Source: a virus
Taxonomy: Duplodnaviria; Caudoviricetes
Length of the DNA: 33,622 nucleotides
Direction: 5' to 3' (one strand)
Virus record (IMG/VR): IMGVR_UViG_3300027994_000012
Location: 1 to 33,622 of that record
The first letter of the stretch is position 1; every line of letters begins with the position of its first letter. Both the position numbers and the translations under genes were made by a program. Below the pieces are notes generated by a model. That model made no database searches. It worked only from the letters and a program-made list of their open reading frames with translations, and was not told the origin of the DNA. This document shows positions 1 to 8,440 of this stretch, in pieces.

Positions 1-658
1 TTACGCGGTCTTGACCATTACCCCATGCACCTGCGATGACTTCTTGAGCAATGACATCATTTGATTTACGAGGCGCTGCACCACCGCCACCGAGTCGGCT
101 ATTAACGATTGATTGGATGACATCGAAATTATAGCCAGCTGCCGCGAGCTTTGCTTTACGGTCGTCGCCATTGCCCCATTGACCTGCAAGCACTTCGCTT
201 GCAACCTGATCATTTGATTTGCCACCAGCTGGTGGTGCTACGCTGCCGCCGATCGCCCAATCATTTGTGTCGTCGTATGGTGGGGTGCTTTGACCGTCAT
301 TGCCGCGACCAACTGAAAAGTGAGCGTGGCTCGAGTGTGGGTTGCTGCCGTTGTATGGCGCCCAAGCCCAATTAGTCCATGCACCAGCGATACGGCGATT
401 GCTGATAATGTACTTGAGGTCTGGGTGACGATTGACACGCAAGCGATCTGCTAATGCGTGAACGTCAAAGCCAGTTTGTGGACTGTTGGTAATATCCATT
501 GCACAAACAACACCAGCCCCATTCGGGTTGTGGTCAGATGCGCTTGCTGCGTGCGCCGCGTCACCGATAGTGCCGTCGCTCGCCTTGCTGCGGTTTGGGT
601 ATGCCGCATTAACTTGATCTCGTAATCGTACTAAACTGTTTGCTAATCGCCAGCCCAT
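1..658 (-). CDS. Endolysin, N-terminal part (M15-like Zn peptidase domain plus CW_7/Cpl-7-type repeats); continues across the window junction
   Basis: Not in the ORF track (no stop inside the window). ATG at 658 with AGGAG SD. Reads MGWRLANSLVRLRDQVNAAYPNRSKASDGTIGDAAH..SDHNP..CAMDIT..PHSSHAHFS (H-x-D..HxH Zn ligands), then SNDQVASEVLAGQWGNGDDRKAKLAAAGYN and a second repeat running off position 1. Confidence 0.88.
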   Translation of the reverse strand, partial: MGWRLANSLVRLRDQVNAAYPNRSKASDGTIGDAAHAASASDHNPNGAGVVCAMDITNSPQTGFDVHALADRLRVNRHPDLKYIISNRRIAGAWTNWAWAPYNGSNPHSSHAHFSVGRGNDGQSTPPYDDTNDWAIGGSVAPPAGGKSNDQVASEVLAGQWGNGDDRKAKLAAAGYNFDVIQSIVNSRLGGGGAAPRKSNDVIAQEVIAGAWGNGQDRV

Positions 659-704
659 ATTTTCGATACTCCTTTTCGATGAGTAATTATTTTATACACT
701 GTTA

Positions 705-725
705 ATTATAGCACCGAGCATAAGC
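705..725 (-). promoter_or_regulatory. Extended -10 promoter for the endolysin
   Basis: Minus strand GCTTATGCTCGG-TGC-TATAAT. Confidence 0.7.
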
Positions 726-734
726 CATATCAAA

Positions 735-1097
735 CTACCAGCTGTTTGACAAGGGTACTGGGTTTACATTCTGCAAGCCCTCATAATCAGATGTCATCTT
801 TGCACCCTTTTGGCGGTTGCATCGTACATGCATCAATTGCAAGTTTTCTTGTGCATACATTGGACCACCTCGAGATGTTGGTATGATGTGGTCGACCTCA
901 ACCGACATGAGATTACGCTTGCCTTGCTCGTCATTCATAGGCAATGTGACATCAATAAACAAATGGCACGCTGCGCAATGAGGGTCTTTACTGGCGATAG
1001 CACGGCGCCGCGCATCTTTCCACGCGGCTTGGTTCCACACCTCGCCATTTGGCAACGATCGTCTTGGTTTCTTTGGTATTGTGTCGTCAATATTCAT
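735..1097 (-). CDS. HNH endonuclease (packaging-associated type)
   Basis: CAAC..EVDHIIPTSRGG..ENLQLMHVRCNRQKG HNH motif. Confidence 0.9.
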   Translation of the reverse strand: MNIDDTIPKKPRRSLPNGEVWNQAAWKDARRRAIASKDPHCAACHLFIDVTLPMNDEQGKRNLMSVEVDHIIPTSRGGPMYAQENLQLMHVRCNRQKGAKMTSDYEGLQNVNPVPLSNSW

Positions 1098-1098
1098 A

Positions 1099-1494
1099 TT
1101 AGCCTATTTGATTTATGGTAAATGTCGCGCCGCCAGAGTATTCAATTATGAAATAAAAGCCTCGCGGTGAGTCGCTAAAGTTTGGGTTTGGTATCATCAA
1201 ATACTCAAAGTTTCCATCGGTGCGATGCACTGGCTCGATCTGACCACCAGCAAATGCATTTTCTGTGGCTGGTCGCTGTCGTGCTACAAGAGGCATCGAT
1301 GTCGCTGGGTCGTCGGGTGTCATAACAATTCGCCAGCAATGAGGGGCGCTGTCAGCTGGCACCGTAATCAATGTTTTATAGCGTTTGAGGTTCAGCGCAT
1401 CACCGCCAAAAAACTGCAACTCTTTCAACTCGCGCATTTTCTGCTGCGCTTGGTTGATCATCAGTGTAATGCTGGGGTTTGCTCGGGGTGGCAT
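1099..1494 (-). CDS. Putative minor tail/tail-tip protein (131 aa)
   Basis: Translationally coupled after Tal-like gene; N-terminal coiled segment ..MRELKELQ shared with its two upstream neighbours. Confidence 0.55.
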   Translation of the reverse strand: MPPRANPSITLMINQAQQKMRELKELQFFGGDALNLKRYKTLITVPADSAPHCWRIVMTPDDPATSMPLVARQRPATENAFAGGQIEPVHRTDGNFEYLMIPNPNFSDSPRGFYFIIEYSGGATFTINQIG

Positions 1495-1955
1495 TATATT
1501 AAATCCTCTAGCGTAAATGATACTTTGGCGTTTGCTACTATATAAAACTTTACTCTCATTATCGTATTTGTTGGCGCAACAATAAATAGCAAATAGGTGT
1601 TTTTAGTGGTGTCATCTGATGTGATAGGGCTTAAACCATAGCCTGTGCTGCTCGGACCGCCCCAATTTGAGATGCGGTTGCCGTTGGTATATTGCAACTC
1701 TGGTATGACCTCTGATAGCAAAATACGGTTGCCAGCAATATCAACACCCTCGACAGTAAGCCGCATAAGTTTGAATGATGAGCCGACACTTTGAAATGGC
1801 GCCGTGATCGTCACTTGCCTATCATACGCGGCGCCACTATCATATGGCTTTACGACCAGTTGGTTCGTACCGACTGGCTGTGCTGTTTTCAGTTCGTCAA
1901 TCTCGAGCTGAATGTCGCGCAACATTTTGATTATGTCGTTATTACCTCGGACCAT
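1494..1955 (-). CDS. Putative minor tail/tail-tip protein (153 aa)
   Basis: TAATG overlaps on both sides; N-terminal ..IDELKTAQ motif; beta-rich remainder. Confidence 0.55.
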   Translation of the reverse strand: MVRGNNDIIKMLRDIQLEIDELKTAQPVGTNQLVVKPYDSGAAYDRQVTITAPFQSVGSSFKLMRLTVEGVDIAGNRILLSEVIPELQYTNGNRISNWGGPSSTGYGLSPITSDDTTKNTYLLFIVAPTNTIMRVKFYIVANAKVSFTLEDLI

Positions 1956-2548
1956 TAGAATAACCCCGTTAATTCGTTTACGGTTGAGCCGTCATCTGAT
2001 GATCGTACATAAAACTCATACGACAATGTGAACGGCACCGAGCAATCATATGTGATCATCGTGGACCAAGAATACTCAGATGTCGGATGATAGCGCGGCT
2101 GGAAAAGACCGCCAAGAGATTGGTTGATGCCGACGGTGCCGACCTGTACATTAGCGGCATTGTAAATCGCCATTGTTACGCCCCATTGACCGCTAATAAA
2201 TAGCTCGCTCTCGCCGTGTAAGCCTCCGCTATTAACTTTTAATTTGATGAGTGGTATGGCAACAGCTGGCTTGCCGTGCTTTGGGGTGAAACGCTGCAAG
2301 CAATCAATCGTGTTGAGTGTGAAATTATTTGGCGTTGCTGGACATTGTATTTGCGATGTGAATACCGTACCAGAGTTTGTGGTGTAAGATACTATGTCGC
2401 CATACTGATCGCGTGTTTGTGATCGAGCAATGTGCGCCAACATACCAGAGTCTTGGCTGGTGAACTGACGCGTCTTGATCTCTTCGAGGTCGCGTTGCAA
2501 CTCCGCTATCTGATCATCAATACTTTGACCAACAAGATTAAGCCGCAT
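1955..2548 (-). CDS. Putative minor tail/tail-tip protein (197 aa)
   Basis: Start moved to ATG 2548 (MRLNLVG, GAGGG SD-like); ..LEEIKTRQ motif. Confidence 0.55.
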   Translation of the reverse strand: MRLNLVGQSIDDQIAELQRDLEEIKTRQFTSQDSGMLAHIARSQTRDQYGDIVSYTTNSGTVFTSQIQCPATPNNFTLNTIDCLQRFTPKHGKPAVAIPLIKLKVNSGGLHGESELFISGQWGVTMAIYNAANVQVGTVGINQSLGGLFQPRYHPTSEYSWSTMITYDCSVPFTLSYEFYVRSSDDGSTVNELTGLF

Positions 2549-3632
2549 CGCCGCCCTCTTGCAATGAAATGATTTCATTGATGTCGAGGTCGTCAAATGT
2601 TAAATCGACCGACTCATCGCCTTGGTCATTTACTGAGCATGTAATACTTTCGATACGGTAATACCCATCAATATGAGATAGCATTTTACTGCCAGTCATT
2701 TGTACGAGTATGGTGTCGCCTATGCCGATTGTTGAGAGATCAAGCGTGTTGATCTGCGCGGTGATTGTCGGCAACTCGATCGGGTCTTTGGTGAAATGAA
2801 CAAGAGCATCGATGTTTTGCTGCAACGTACCCTCATCAATAACCGAGTTGTAACTTGCGATCTGCTCGCGTCGGTATAAATAATCTTCGCTTGGCTTATC
2901 CTCTGATGGCGTCTGTACAGCATCCTCACCGTTACCAGAGCCGACACCGTAAATATAATTTGATACGTTTTCAACGGACCGACTAAAGCCAAATGAGGCG
3001 ATGTTGCCAGGGTATACAAGTCGCACATCTGGTCGGTATGCACCTTGAGCAATAAATGTGTTCAGTTTCTTGTCGGCTGTAATTTCAAAATCAACGCCAG
3101 CACGCACGTTGCTCATTTGCTGCAAGAATGATTTTACTTCTTTGCGTTTTTGGTGTCGGTCACGTTCGATACTCTCGCCAATATGCACACCTTGAGTAAT
3201 GCCATAATCGCCGCCGTACTCTTGATTACACTGATCAATGACGCCCCACATGATAAGCTCTTGCGGCGTATCATCATAATCAATATCAACATATCGCTTT
3301 TTGTAATAATTCAAATAGCCAGTACAGCTCACTTTTATAGTGACGGCTGTTTCGTCAACGCCGTAATCAAACTTGATGATGTTGGTGCCGATGAGCCATT
3401 GACCATTGCGCTTTACTCGTATGTCATTGCGCCCTGTTTCCATAAAGTTGTACGGCTCATCACCAAAGCCAATCTCTTCGAGGTATGCCTCATATTGCTC
3501 GAGGTTCAAATCAAATGATACGCTGCCAGCATCGTTGCGCACCTTTTGCCATTGAAAGTTTTTACACAAAGCAAAGATGTTACCCATTGGCAACCCTGCT
3601 TTGCTATATACTAATACCTCATACTTTGCCAT
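2538..3632 (-). CDS. Minor tail/baseplate hub protein (Tal-like, ReqiPepy6 Gp37-like)
   Basis: Follows Dit-like gene; NDAGSVSFDL, IYGVGSGNG, IGDTILV..YYRIESI motifs typical of siphophage hub proteins. Confidence 0.75.
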   Translation of the reverse strand: MAKYEVLVYSKAGLPMGNIFALCKNFQWQKVRNDAGSVSFDLNLEQYEAYLEEIGFGDEPYNFMETGRNDIRVKRNGQWLIGTNIIKFDYGVDETAVTIKVSCTGYLNYYKKRYVDIDYDDTPQELIMWGVIDQCNQEYGGDYGITQGVHIGESIERDRHQKRKEVKSFLQQMSNVRAGVDFEITADKKLNTFIAQGAYRPDVRLVYPGNIASFGFSRSVENVSNYIYGVGSGNGEDAVQTPSEDKPSEDYLYRREQIASYNSVIDEGTLQQNIDALVHFTKDPIELPTITAQINTLDLSTIGIGDTILVQMTGSKMLSHIDGYYRIESITCSVNDQGDESVDLTFDDLDINEIISLQEGGDAA

Positions 3633-3635
3633 GTG

Positions 3636-4493
3636 CTAGGTTCCTATATATCCCGAGTTATAACGGACCTCTGCATATCCTGCATCACCAGAGTTGTCGC
3701 TTTCGAGATACATTGCATTTAAGCCAGCATTGATGTTGATGAACTGTGACTCGTCTGATTTCAAGTAATAAACATCCAGCCCATTGAGCGTAATGGTTTC
3801 AAGTGCGGTGTTGATAATAACCTCATCGGTGCCATTGAGTACCGCCAATATTTGCATCTCTTGGTTGGTTGTTTGATTTACGATCGTCGGGTTGTGTAAT
3901 GGACCATAAAGCGTAATGATCGGCGCGACTGTGCTTGTACCGCTATTGTCAACACTGATCGTCGAGTCACCGCCATCGATAAATAATGGAAACTCAAACG
4001 GTATTTCAAAACCGCCGCTAGGCACGCGTACAGGCAACGTCGCAACGATTGCGCCACCCTCGCTGTTGTAATCGTAAAGCAATGGGTCGTCGGCTTTCAG
4101 ATTGATCTTATACGTTACTTTTGTAAGCAACTGCTCGAGTGGCGCTGGCGCTGCCAACAGGCGCACTTTTGTCGTATAAATTGAGCCGCCCTCTGTGACG
4201 TATTTGAGCGTGAGGTACTGTTCGGCAAGCAATGTCGCAAGCTCGCGGCGTTTTTGCTCAACAACGGCAACGCTCGAGTTAGCGATCTGCACGACCGCTG
4301 AAATAAAGCGCGGCTCAAATAGTGGGTTGCCAGTCCAGCCACCACTTTTACCGACGTTATTGCCCTGTGCAACGCGTATATCTGGCAAGCCTGTTAAGCC
4401 CTCGAGTGGCGGCTTTAAAAACATCGAGTTTGCTGGGTCTTGCAAATTGATCTGTGTGGTTGCGCCGATTAGCCAGAGTTGAGTATTTTTCAT
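3636..4493 (-). CDS. Distal tail protein (Dit-like)
   Basis: Directly after tape measure; LKADDPLLY, GFEIPFEFP, VDNSGT..APIITLYGP, AGLNAM motifs. Confidence 0.8.
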   Translation of the reverse strand: MKNTQLWLIGATTQINLQDPANSMFLKPPLEGLTGLPDIRVAQGNNVGKSGGWTGNPLFEPRFISAVVQIANSSVAVVEQKRRELATLLAEQYLTLKYVTEGGSIYTTKVRLLAAPAPLEQLLTKVTYKINLKADDPLLYDYNSEGGAIVATLPVRVPSGGFEIPFEFPLFIDGGDSTISVDNSGTSTVAPIITLYGPLHNPTIVNQTTNQEMQILAVLNGTDEVIINTALETITLNGLDVYYLKSDESQFININAGLNAMYLESDNSGDAGYAEVRYNSGYIGT

Positions 4494-4514
4494 ATTTTGT
4501 TTCCTAATCCTATT

Positions 4515-6413
4515 TTACGCATTTGCGACCATAAAGCCTAGGTCACTTGCAACTTGTTTTGCATCAAGTGGTTCAGCCATCTTTTTAATATCAATATACT
4601 GCACGACTTTTGGCGCCGACTCATACTCACCAGCCTGTATGCTTTGCGCCGTGGTGACGTTTGCATTAAAGCCAGCTTGCATCGAGCCATTAACTGCTGC
4701 CATGCCAGCCAGCGCGTCATTAGCCATGCTCGTGACCGATTTATCGACTAGGCTTGCATTGTCGGTGATACCCTTTGCGAGTCCACGGTCGAGGTCACGA
4801 CCGATGCCAGCAAATACGGTTGACGGTGAGTGAATACCAAAGAATGATTTAATGCCACCGAGTATGCTATCACCAAAGCCTTTGATTTTTCCAACCACCC
4901 AACCTGTGAGGTCTGATATACCGTTCCAAAGACCTTTGATCATATCGCCACCGATGCGAGCCAAGTTGCTTGGTGAAAGTGTATCGCCAATGACACCGAG
5001 TATTTTACCGACGGCGCCAATGATGCTGCCAAGTATTTGCGGTATTGCTTTGATCAGCGCCATGAAGACATCGATACCAGCTTTCATCATCATTTGTATG
5101 TACTGGGGGCTTGTGACCGTCTTGATGATGTTTTCAATGATAGTTGGTATTGCATCCACTAAAGCGACGATAATGACTGGTATAGCCTTTAAAATAGCCA
5201 GAAACAGCTGTATTGCACCCATGATGATCGCGGTAAGCGACTCGGGGTTTGTGAGAGCGCTGACGAGGCTATCGATAATCGTTGGTATTGCATTTACTAG
5301 GACCGTGATTATTTGCGGCAATGCTTGCACGATGCCAATGAATATCTTTACAAAGCCCTCAATGAATTGAGGCAATGCGGCAACAAGTACGCCAATGATT
5401 TGCGGCAATGCAATTACGAGCTGGTTGAGCAAGCCGACAGCGGCGCTAATGAGTGCTGGCAATAGTGTCGGCAATACCTCTGCGATCGCTGGTATGATTG
5501 CCGTTGCAACTTGACCGATGCCATCAACAATTTGTGGCAAAATAGATGCGATTTGAGGCACGGCAATTTTAATCGTGTTCAGCAAGCTCGAGATGAAACC
5601 ATCGATTGTATTGCCGCCAGACAAGAAATCGTCAAATGCCTTTTTTGTCGTGTTGATCGAGCCAGCGAGCGTATCGTTTTCTTTTGCATAGTTGCCAGCA
5701 TATTTCGCGGTTTTCTCCATGAACATTTGCTGTGCGAGTCCAACCTTTTCCTGTATAGACATCGCTTGGGTTGATTTCGTAATACCCTTTGATGCGGCAT
5801 ACGCACCGATCGCGGTATCGTTCATCGCAACACCCAAGTTATCCATCATGGTAAAGTTGCCTTTTGCCATGCCAGTAACAGCCTCGAGCGCGTCGGTCGT
5901 GCTGATACCCATGATTGATGCGATGTCAGATGCACGTTGCATTGAGTCTTGCGACATCTTCATCGACGATTGAACGTCAAAGCCAGCGCCTTGAAAAAGC
6001 GACCCCATTTTGTTGGCGCCCTGCAAAAACTCATTTTGCGAAAGACCCATATTTTTGTACGCATTGAGTGCGGTATTTTGAATGTCGGTGGCGTATTGAC
6101 CAAACACCGCCTCAGAGCCTCCGAGCTGCTGCTCAAGCTCTGCACCCGACGCGAGCATCTTGCCAGTTAATGCCGTGATGCCAGCGACGCCAGCACCGAT
6201 GCCAGCCGCAATGATTGCGCCACCAGCTTTTGCGATACCACCAAGTTTACCAATCGCGCCCTGAAAGCCACCAGAGTTTGAGTCGATCTCGTCGCCCAAG
6301 TCTTTGGTTGCTTGCGCCCCTGCGCCTTTCATGCCAGCCGCAATTTTGCTCTGAACACCCTGCATGTTTGGTGCTAGTTTGAAATATGCGGTTCCGATTG
6401 TTGCGCCAGCCAT
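4515..6413 (-). CDS. Tape measure protein (632 aa)
   Basis: IGTAYFKLAP start, ELEQQLGGSEAVFG, NFTMMDNLG, amphipathic LP-I repeats, FFGIHSPSTVF C-terminal motif. Confidence 0.93.
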   Translation of the reverse strand: MAGATIGTAYFKLAPNMQGVQSKIAAGMKGAGAQATKDLGDEIDSNSGGFQGAIGKLGGIAKAGGAIIAAGIGAGVAGITALTGKMLASGAELEQQLGGSEAVFGQYATDIQNTALNAYKNMGLSQNEFLQGANKMGSLFQGAGFDVQSSMKMSQDSMQRASDIASIMGISTTDALEAVTGMAKGNFTMMDNLGVAMNDTAIGAYAASKGITKSTQAMSIQEKVGLAQQMFMEKTAKYAGNYAKENDTLAGSINTTKKAFDDFLSGGNTIDGFISSLLNTIKIAVPQIASILPQIVDGIGQVATAIIPAIAEVLPTLLPALISAAVGLLNQLVIALPQIIGVLVAALPQFIEGFVKIFIGIVQALPQIITVLVNAIPTIIDSLVSALTNPESLTAIIMGAIQLFLAILKAIPVIIVALVDAIPTIIENIIKTVTSPQYIQMMMKAGIDVFMALIKAIPQILGSIIGAVGKILGVIGDTLSPSNLARIGGDMIKGLWNGISDLTGWVVGKIKGFGDSILGGIKSFFGIHSPSTVFAGIGRDLDRGLAKGITDNASLVDKSVTSMANDALAGMAAVNGSMQAGFNANVTTAQSIQAGEYESAPKVVQYIDIKKMAEPLDAKQVASDLGFMVANA

Positions 6414-6441
6414 GTTGGTTGCTTGATTACCTTTCTATGAT

Positions 6442-6470
6442 AACCAGTTTTACCGCAACTGTTGGCGTGC
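6442..6470 (-). repeat. 29-bp leader element, copy 1 (tape measure 5' UTR)
   Basis: Identical to 12922-12950; minus strand GCACGCCAACAGTTGCGGTAAAACTGGTT with hairpin CAGTT-GCGGTAA-AACTG. Confidence 0.95.
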
Positions 6471-6481
6471 TTTATTTGTCT

Positions 6482-6497
6482 ATATCATAGCATAAGC
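6482..6497 (-). promoter_or_regulatory. Extended -10 promoter for tape measure block
   Basis: GCTTATGCTATGATAT, identical 16-mer at 7724-7739. Confidence 0.72.
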
Positions 6498-6790
6498 TAG
6501 TTGACTTTTCCAGCATCCTTTGCTTTTGATAGTGCCAAAAATCCTATGTAATTTTGGTGAGCGTCTGAGGCTTGTACTGCGATCGTTGCGATGGCTCGTA
6601 CACCGCGTTTGATGGTGCCAACTTCCGTCGTGACTGTGAACTCTGGCGGTCGGCTCGACATGCTCGATGCCATAGACCGCGCACGGTTTGCGATCGCGTC
6701 GGCTGACGTCTTTACGGTCGGCATCGCCATGCTTGTCAACAGCTCTTCGGCTGCCGCTGTGTCGAGTACAAATGATACATCTTTCGCCAT
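6497..6790 (-). CDS. Neck/tail completion protein (HK97 gp10-like)
   Basis: 97 aa; A..IANRARS..RAIATI..LSKA pattern typical of this family; apparently leaderless. Confidence 0.6.
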   Translation of the reverse strand: MAKDVSFVLDTAAAEELLTSMAMPTVKTSADAIANRARSMASSMSSRPPEFTVTTEVGTIKRGVRAIATIAVQASDAHQNYIGFLALSKAKDAGKVN

Positions 6791-6799
6791 ATTGTTTCT

Positions 6800-6819
6800 A
6801 TTATAGCACTAGCATAAGC
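6800..6819 (-). promoter_or_regulatory. Extended -10 promoter, near-leaderless transcript
   Basis: GCTTATGCTAG-TGC-TATAAT, 9 nt before ATG 6790, no SD. Confidence 0.68.
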
Positions 6820-6958
6820 GCACTCCCCTCTTCGCCTTGGGTGTCGCTTGATTTTTAGCTCTAAGGTGTTAGAGTAGTGGTTTTGGGCGGGGTAGGGGAG
6901 TGGTAAAATAACAGGGGTCGCACCCCTGTTAAATATCTTGTCATTTTTTACAACGCCA

Positions 6959-7357
6959 CTAAACGCGCTTTTTGGCAAGTATCAGCTTAATGTCGTCGAC
7001 GTCGTGAGCCTCAATATCTTTATTCATTTGTTGCTCAAGCTGCAAGTCGCGCATGAACTCTGGCACAAATGGTTTCGGTGCATTGAGTGGGTGCTTTTTC
7101 TGTGCATCCTTTGTGCTTTGCCACGCGATAACATTGAGTAAATACACCATTTGATTTTGCAAGACTTCTTGCCAGCCCCATGTGTTCGCTGGCTGCAATC
7201 GCTTATATATTCGGCTACCTGATGGCAACTGGAAAAGCAACCGCGCTGCCTTGTCCGACTTTATTTGCGCAATATCAAGATGGTAATACTCGTGAAAATC
7301 TGCCTCGATTTCGTCAAAATACTGTCGGCGTAATTTGGCGAGGGCTAGTCTTTTGGG
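6959..7357 (-). CDS. Tail assembly chaperone, -1 frameshift extension (GT-like, DUF5361-like)
   Basis: The -1 frame from the slippery site is open: RLALAKLRRQYFDEIEADFHEYYHLD..AARLLFQLPSGSRIY; fusion about 243 aa. Confidence 0.8.
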   Translation of the reverse strand, partial: PKRLALAKLRRQYFDEIEADFHEYYHLDIAQIKSDKAARLLFQLPSGSRIYKRLQPANTWGWQEVLQNQMVYLLNVIAWQSTKDAQKKHPLNAPKPFVPEFMRDLQLEQQMNKDIEAHDVDDIKLILAKKRV

Positions 7358-7689
7358 CTAAATTGCGCAATGACGGCGTTGTATACAGCCGTAAGTTTTG
7401 ATGCACGGAAACGTGGGCGATAACCTTTTTTGCCCTTGTGATCTTCGGCATCTTTTTTAATGAAATGTTGAGCCAATTTATTGTACTCTTCATCAGAAAG
7501 CAAGTGGTGCAAAAGTGGCACGATTGCCGACACGCGTGATTTATCTTCGATCTGGTGGATAATATCGAGAGCGTCGACGTCATCCATTAAGTCGGTATCG
7601 CAATAAAACTCATAGTCATCGACTTTGATTAGTTTTAGCTCTGCATTTTCGTCGGCGGTTGATGCTGCCTGTTCGTCGGGTTGTGCCAT
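7345..7689 (-). CDS. Tail assembly chaperone (G-like)
   Basis: Downstream of tail tube; acidic 114 aa; ends in C CCA AAA slippery heptamer; GAAATGGAG SD. Confidence 0.82.
   Translation of the reverse strand: MAQPDEQAASTADENAELKLIKVDDYEFYCDTDLMDDVDALDIIHQIEDKSRVSAIVPLLHHLLSDEEYNKLAQHFIKKDAEDHKGKKGYRPRFRASKLTAVYNAVIAQFSPKD
7351..7357 (-). other. Programmed -1 ribosomal frameshift site CCCAAAA
   Basis: X XXY YYZ heptamer in correct phase near the chaperone stop. Confidence 0.8.
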
Positions 7690-7723
7690 TTTTGGTTACT
7701 CCATTTCTAATATTGTTGTACTA

Positions 7724-7739
7724 ATATCATAGCATAAGC
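7724..7739 (-). promoter_or_regulatory. Extended -10 promoter for chaperone gene
   Basis: GCTTATGCTATGATAT just downstream of the tail-tube terminator. Confidence 0.72.
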
Positions 7740-7748
7740 GCGGCAAAC

Positions 7749-7780
7749 AAAAACCCCCGACAGGTGCCATCGGGGGTTTT
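7749..7780 (-). terminator. Intrinsic terminator after tail tube gene
   Basis: AAAACCCCCGA-N9-TCGGGGGTTTT inverted repeat with T tracts. Confidence 0.85.
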
Positions 7781-7796
7781 ATTTTTGTTGGACCGA

Positions 7797-8363
7797 TTAC
7801 GATGCAATAGATGCAAAGTATTCAGCGTGAGTGCTGGTGTCGGTGTCTGGGTACGCTTTGAGCTGTACAGGATATGTAACAGCCTCAGAGTTGACGTAAG
7901 AGATTTCACCACTACGATCAACAAACTTACCGTGAGGCACGACCACACGCTTGATACGACCGCCAGTGAGTACGACTTCGGCGACAAACACAACTTCGTC
8001 AAGTTCAGCTGGTTTTACCTTGATCGCGGTGATATTACCCTCACCATCAACAGTGACGTTATCCTCACCGTAATACAGGCGCATTGAGTGCTGGTTCACT
8101 TCAAGCATGTTGAAAGTAAACATTTCAGCAAACGATGTTTGACCTGATAGGACCTCTTGACCTGACCAGTCGTTTACACTCTCGGTGTCTGTTTCAGTAG
8201 CGTTGACGAGTCCATCTTCGCTAATGTAACCGACATTACGAAACGCGGCGTCGAGATCGCTTGTCGCGTTCGTTGGTACTGCTGTACCCTTTGGTGCATA
8301 AAAAAGCGCACCAGTTGCTTTTGGTTTACCAAAAGATACGTTTTGGGCGTTGTTTGGTTCCAC
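7797..8363 (-). CDS. Major tail (tube) protein, 188 aa
   Basis: GTG start at 8363 with GGAG SD; NVSFGKPK..GALFYAPKGT..GYISEDGL..AYPD motifs of r1t-type tail tubes; ends ..SIAS. Confidence 0.92.
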   Translation of the reverse strand: MEPNNAQNVSFGKPKATGALFYAPKGTAVPTNATSDLDAAFRNVGYISEDGLVNATETDTESVNDWSGQEVLSGQTSFAEMFTFNMLEVNQHSMRLYYGEDNVTVDGEGNITAIKVKPAELDEVVFVAEVVLTGGRIKRVVVPHGKFVDRSGEISYVNSEAVTYPVQLKAYPDTDTSTHAEYFASIAS

Positions 8364-8426
8364 TATATTTTTTCTCCGTTTTGGATGCTGACACAACAAT
8401 CAAATATGAAAGCTCTGTTTGAATAA

Positions 8427-8440
8427 ATTATATCACAAGC
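8427..8440 (-). promoter_or_regulatory. Extended -10 promoter for tail tube gene
   Basis: GCTTG-TGA-TATAAT overlapping the upstream stop codon. Confidence 0.68.

Noticed and set aside
4900-5560. Periodic repeats in tape measure as a novel repeat element
   Set aside because: Ordinary amphipathic TMP periodicity.
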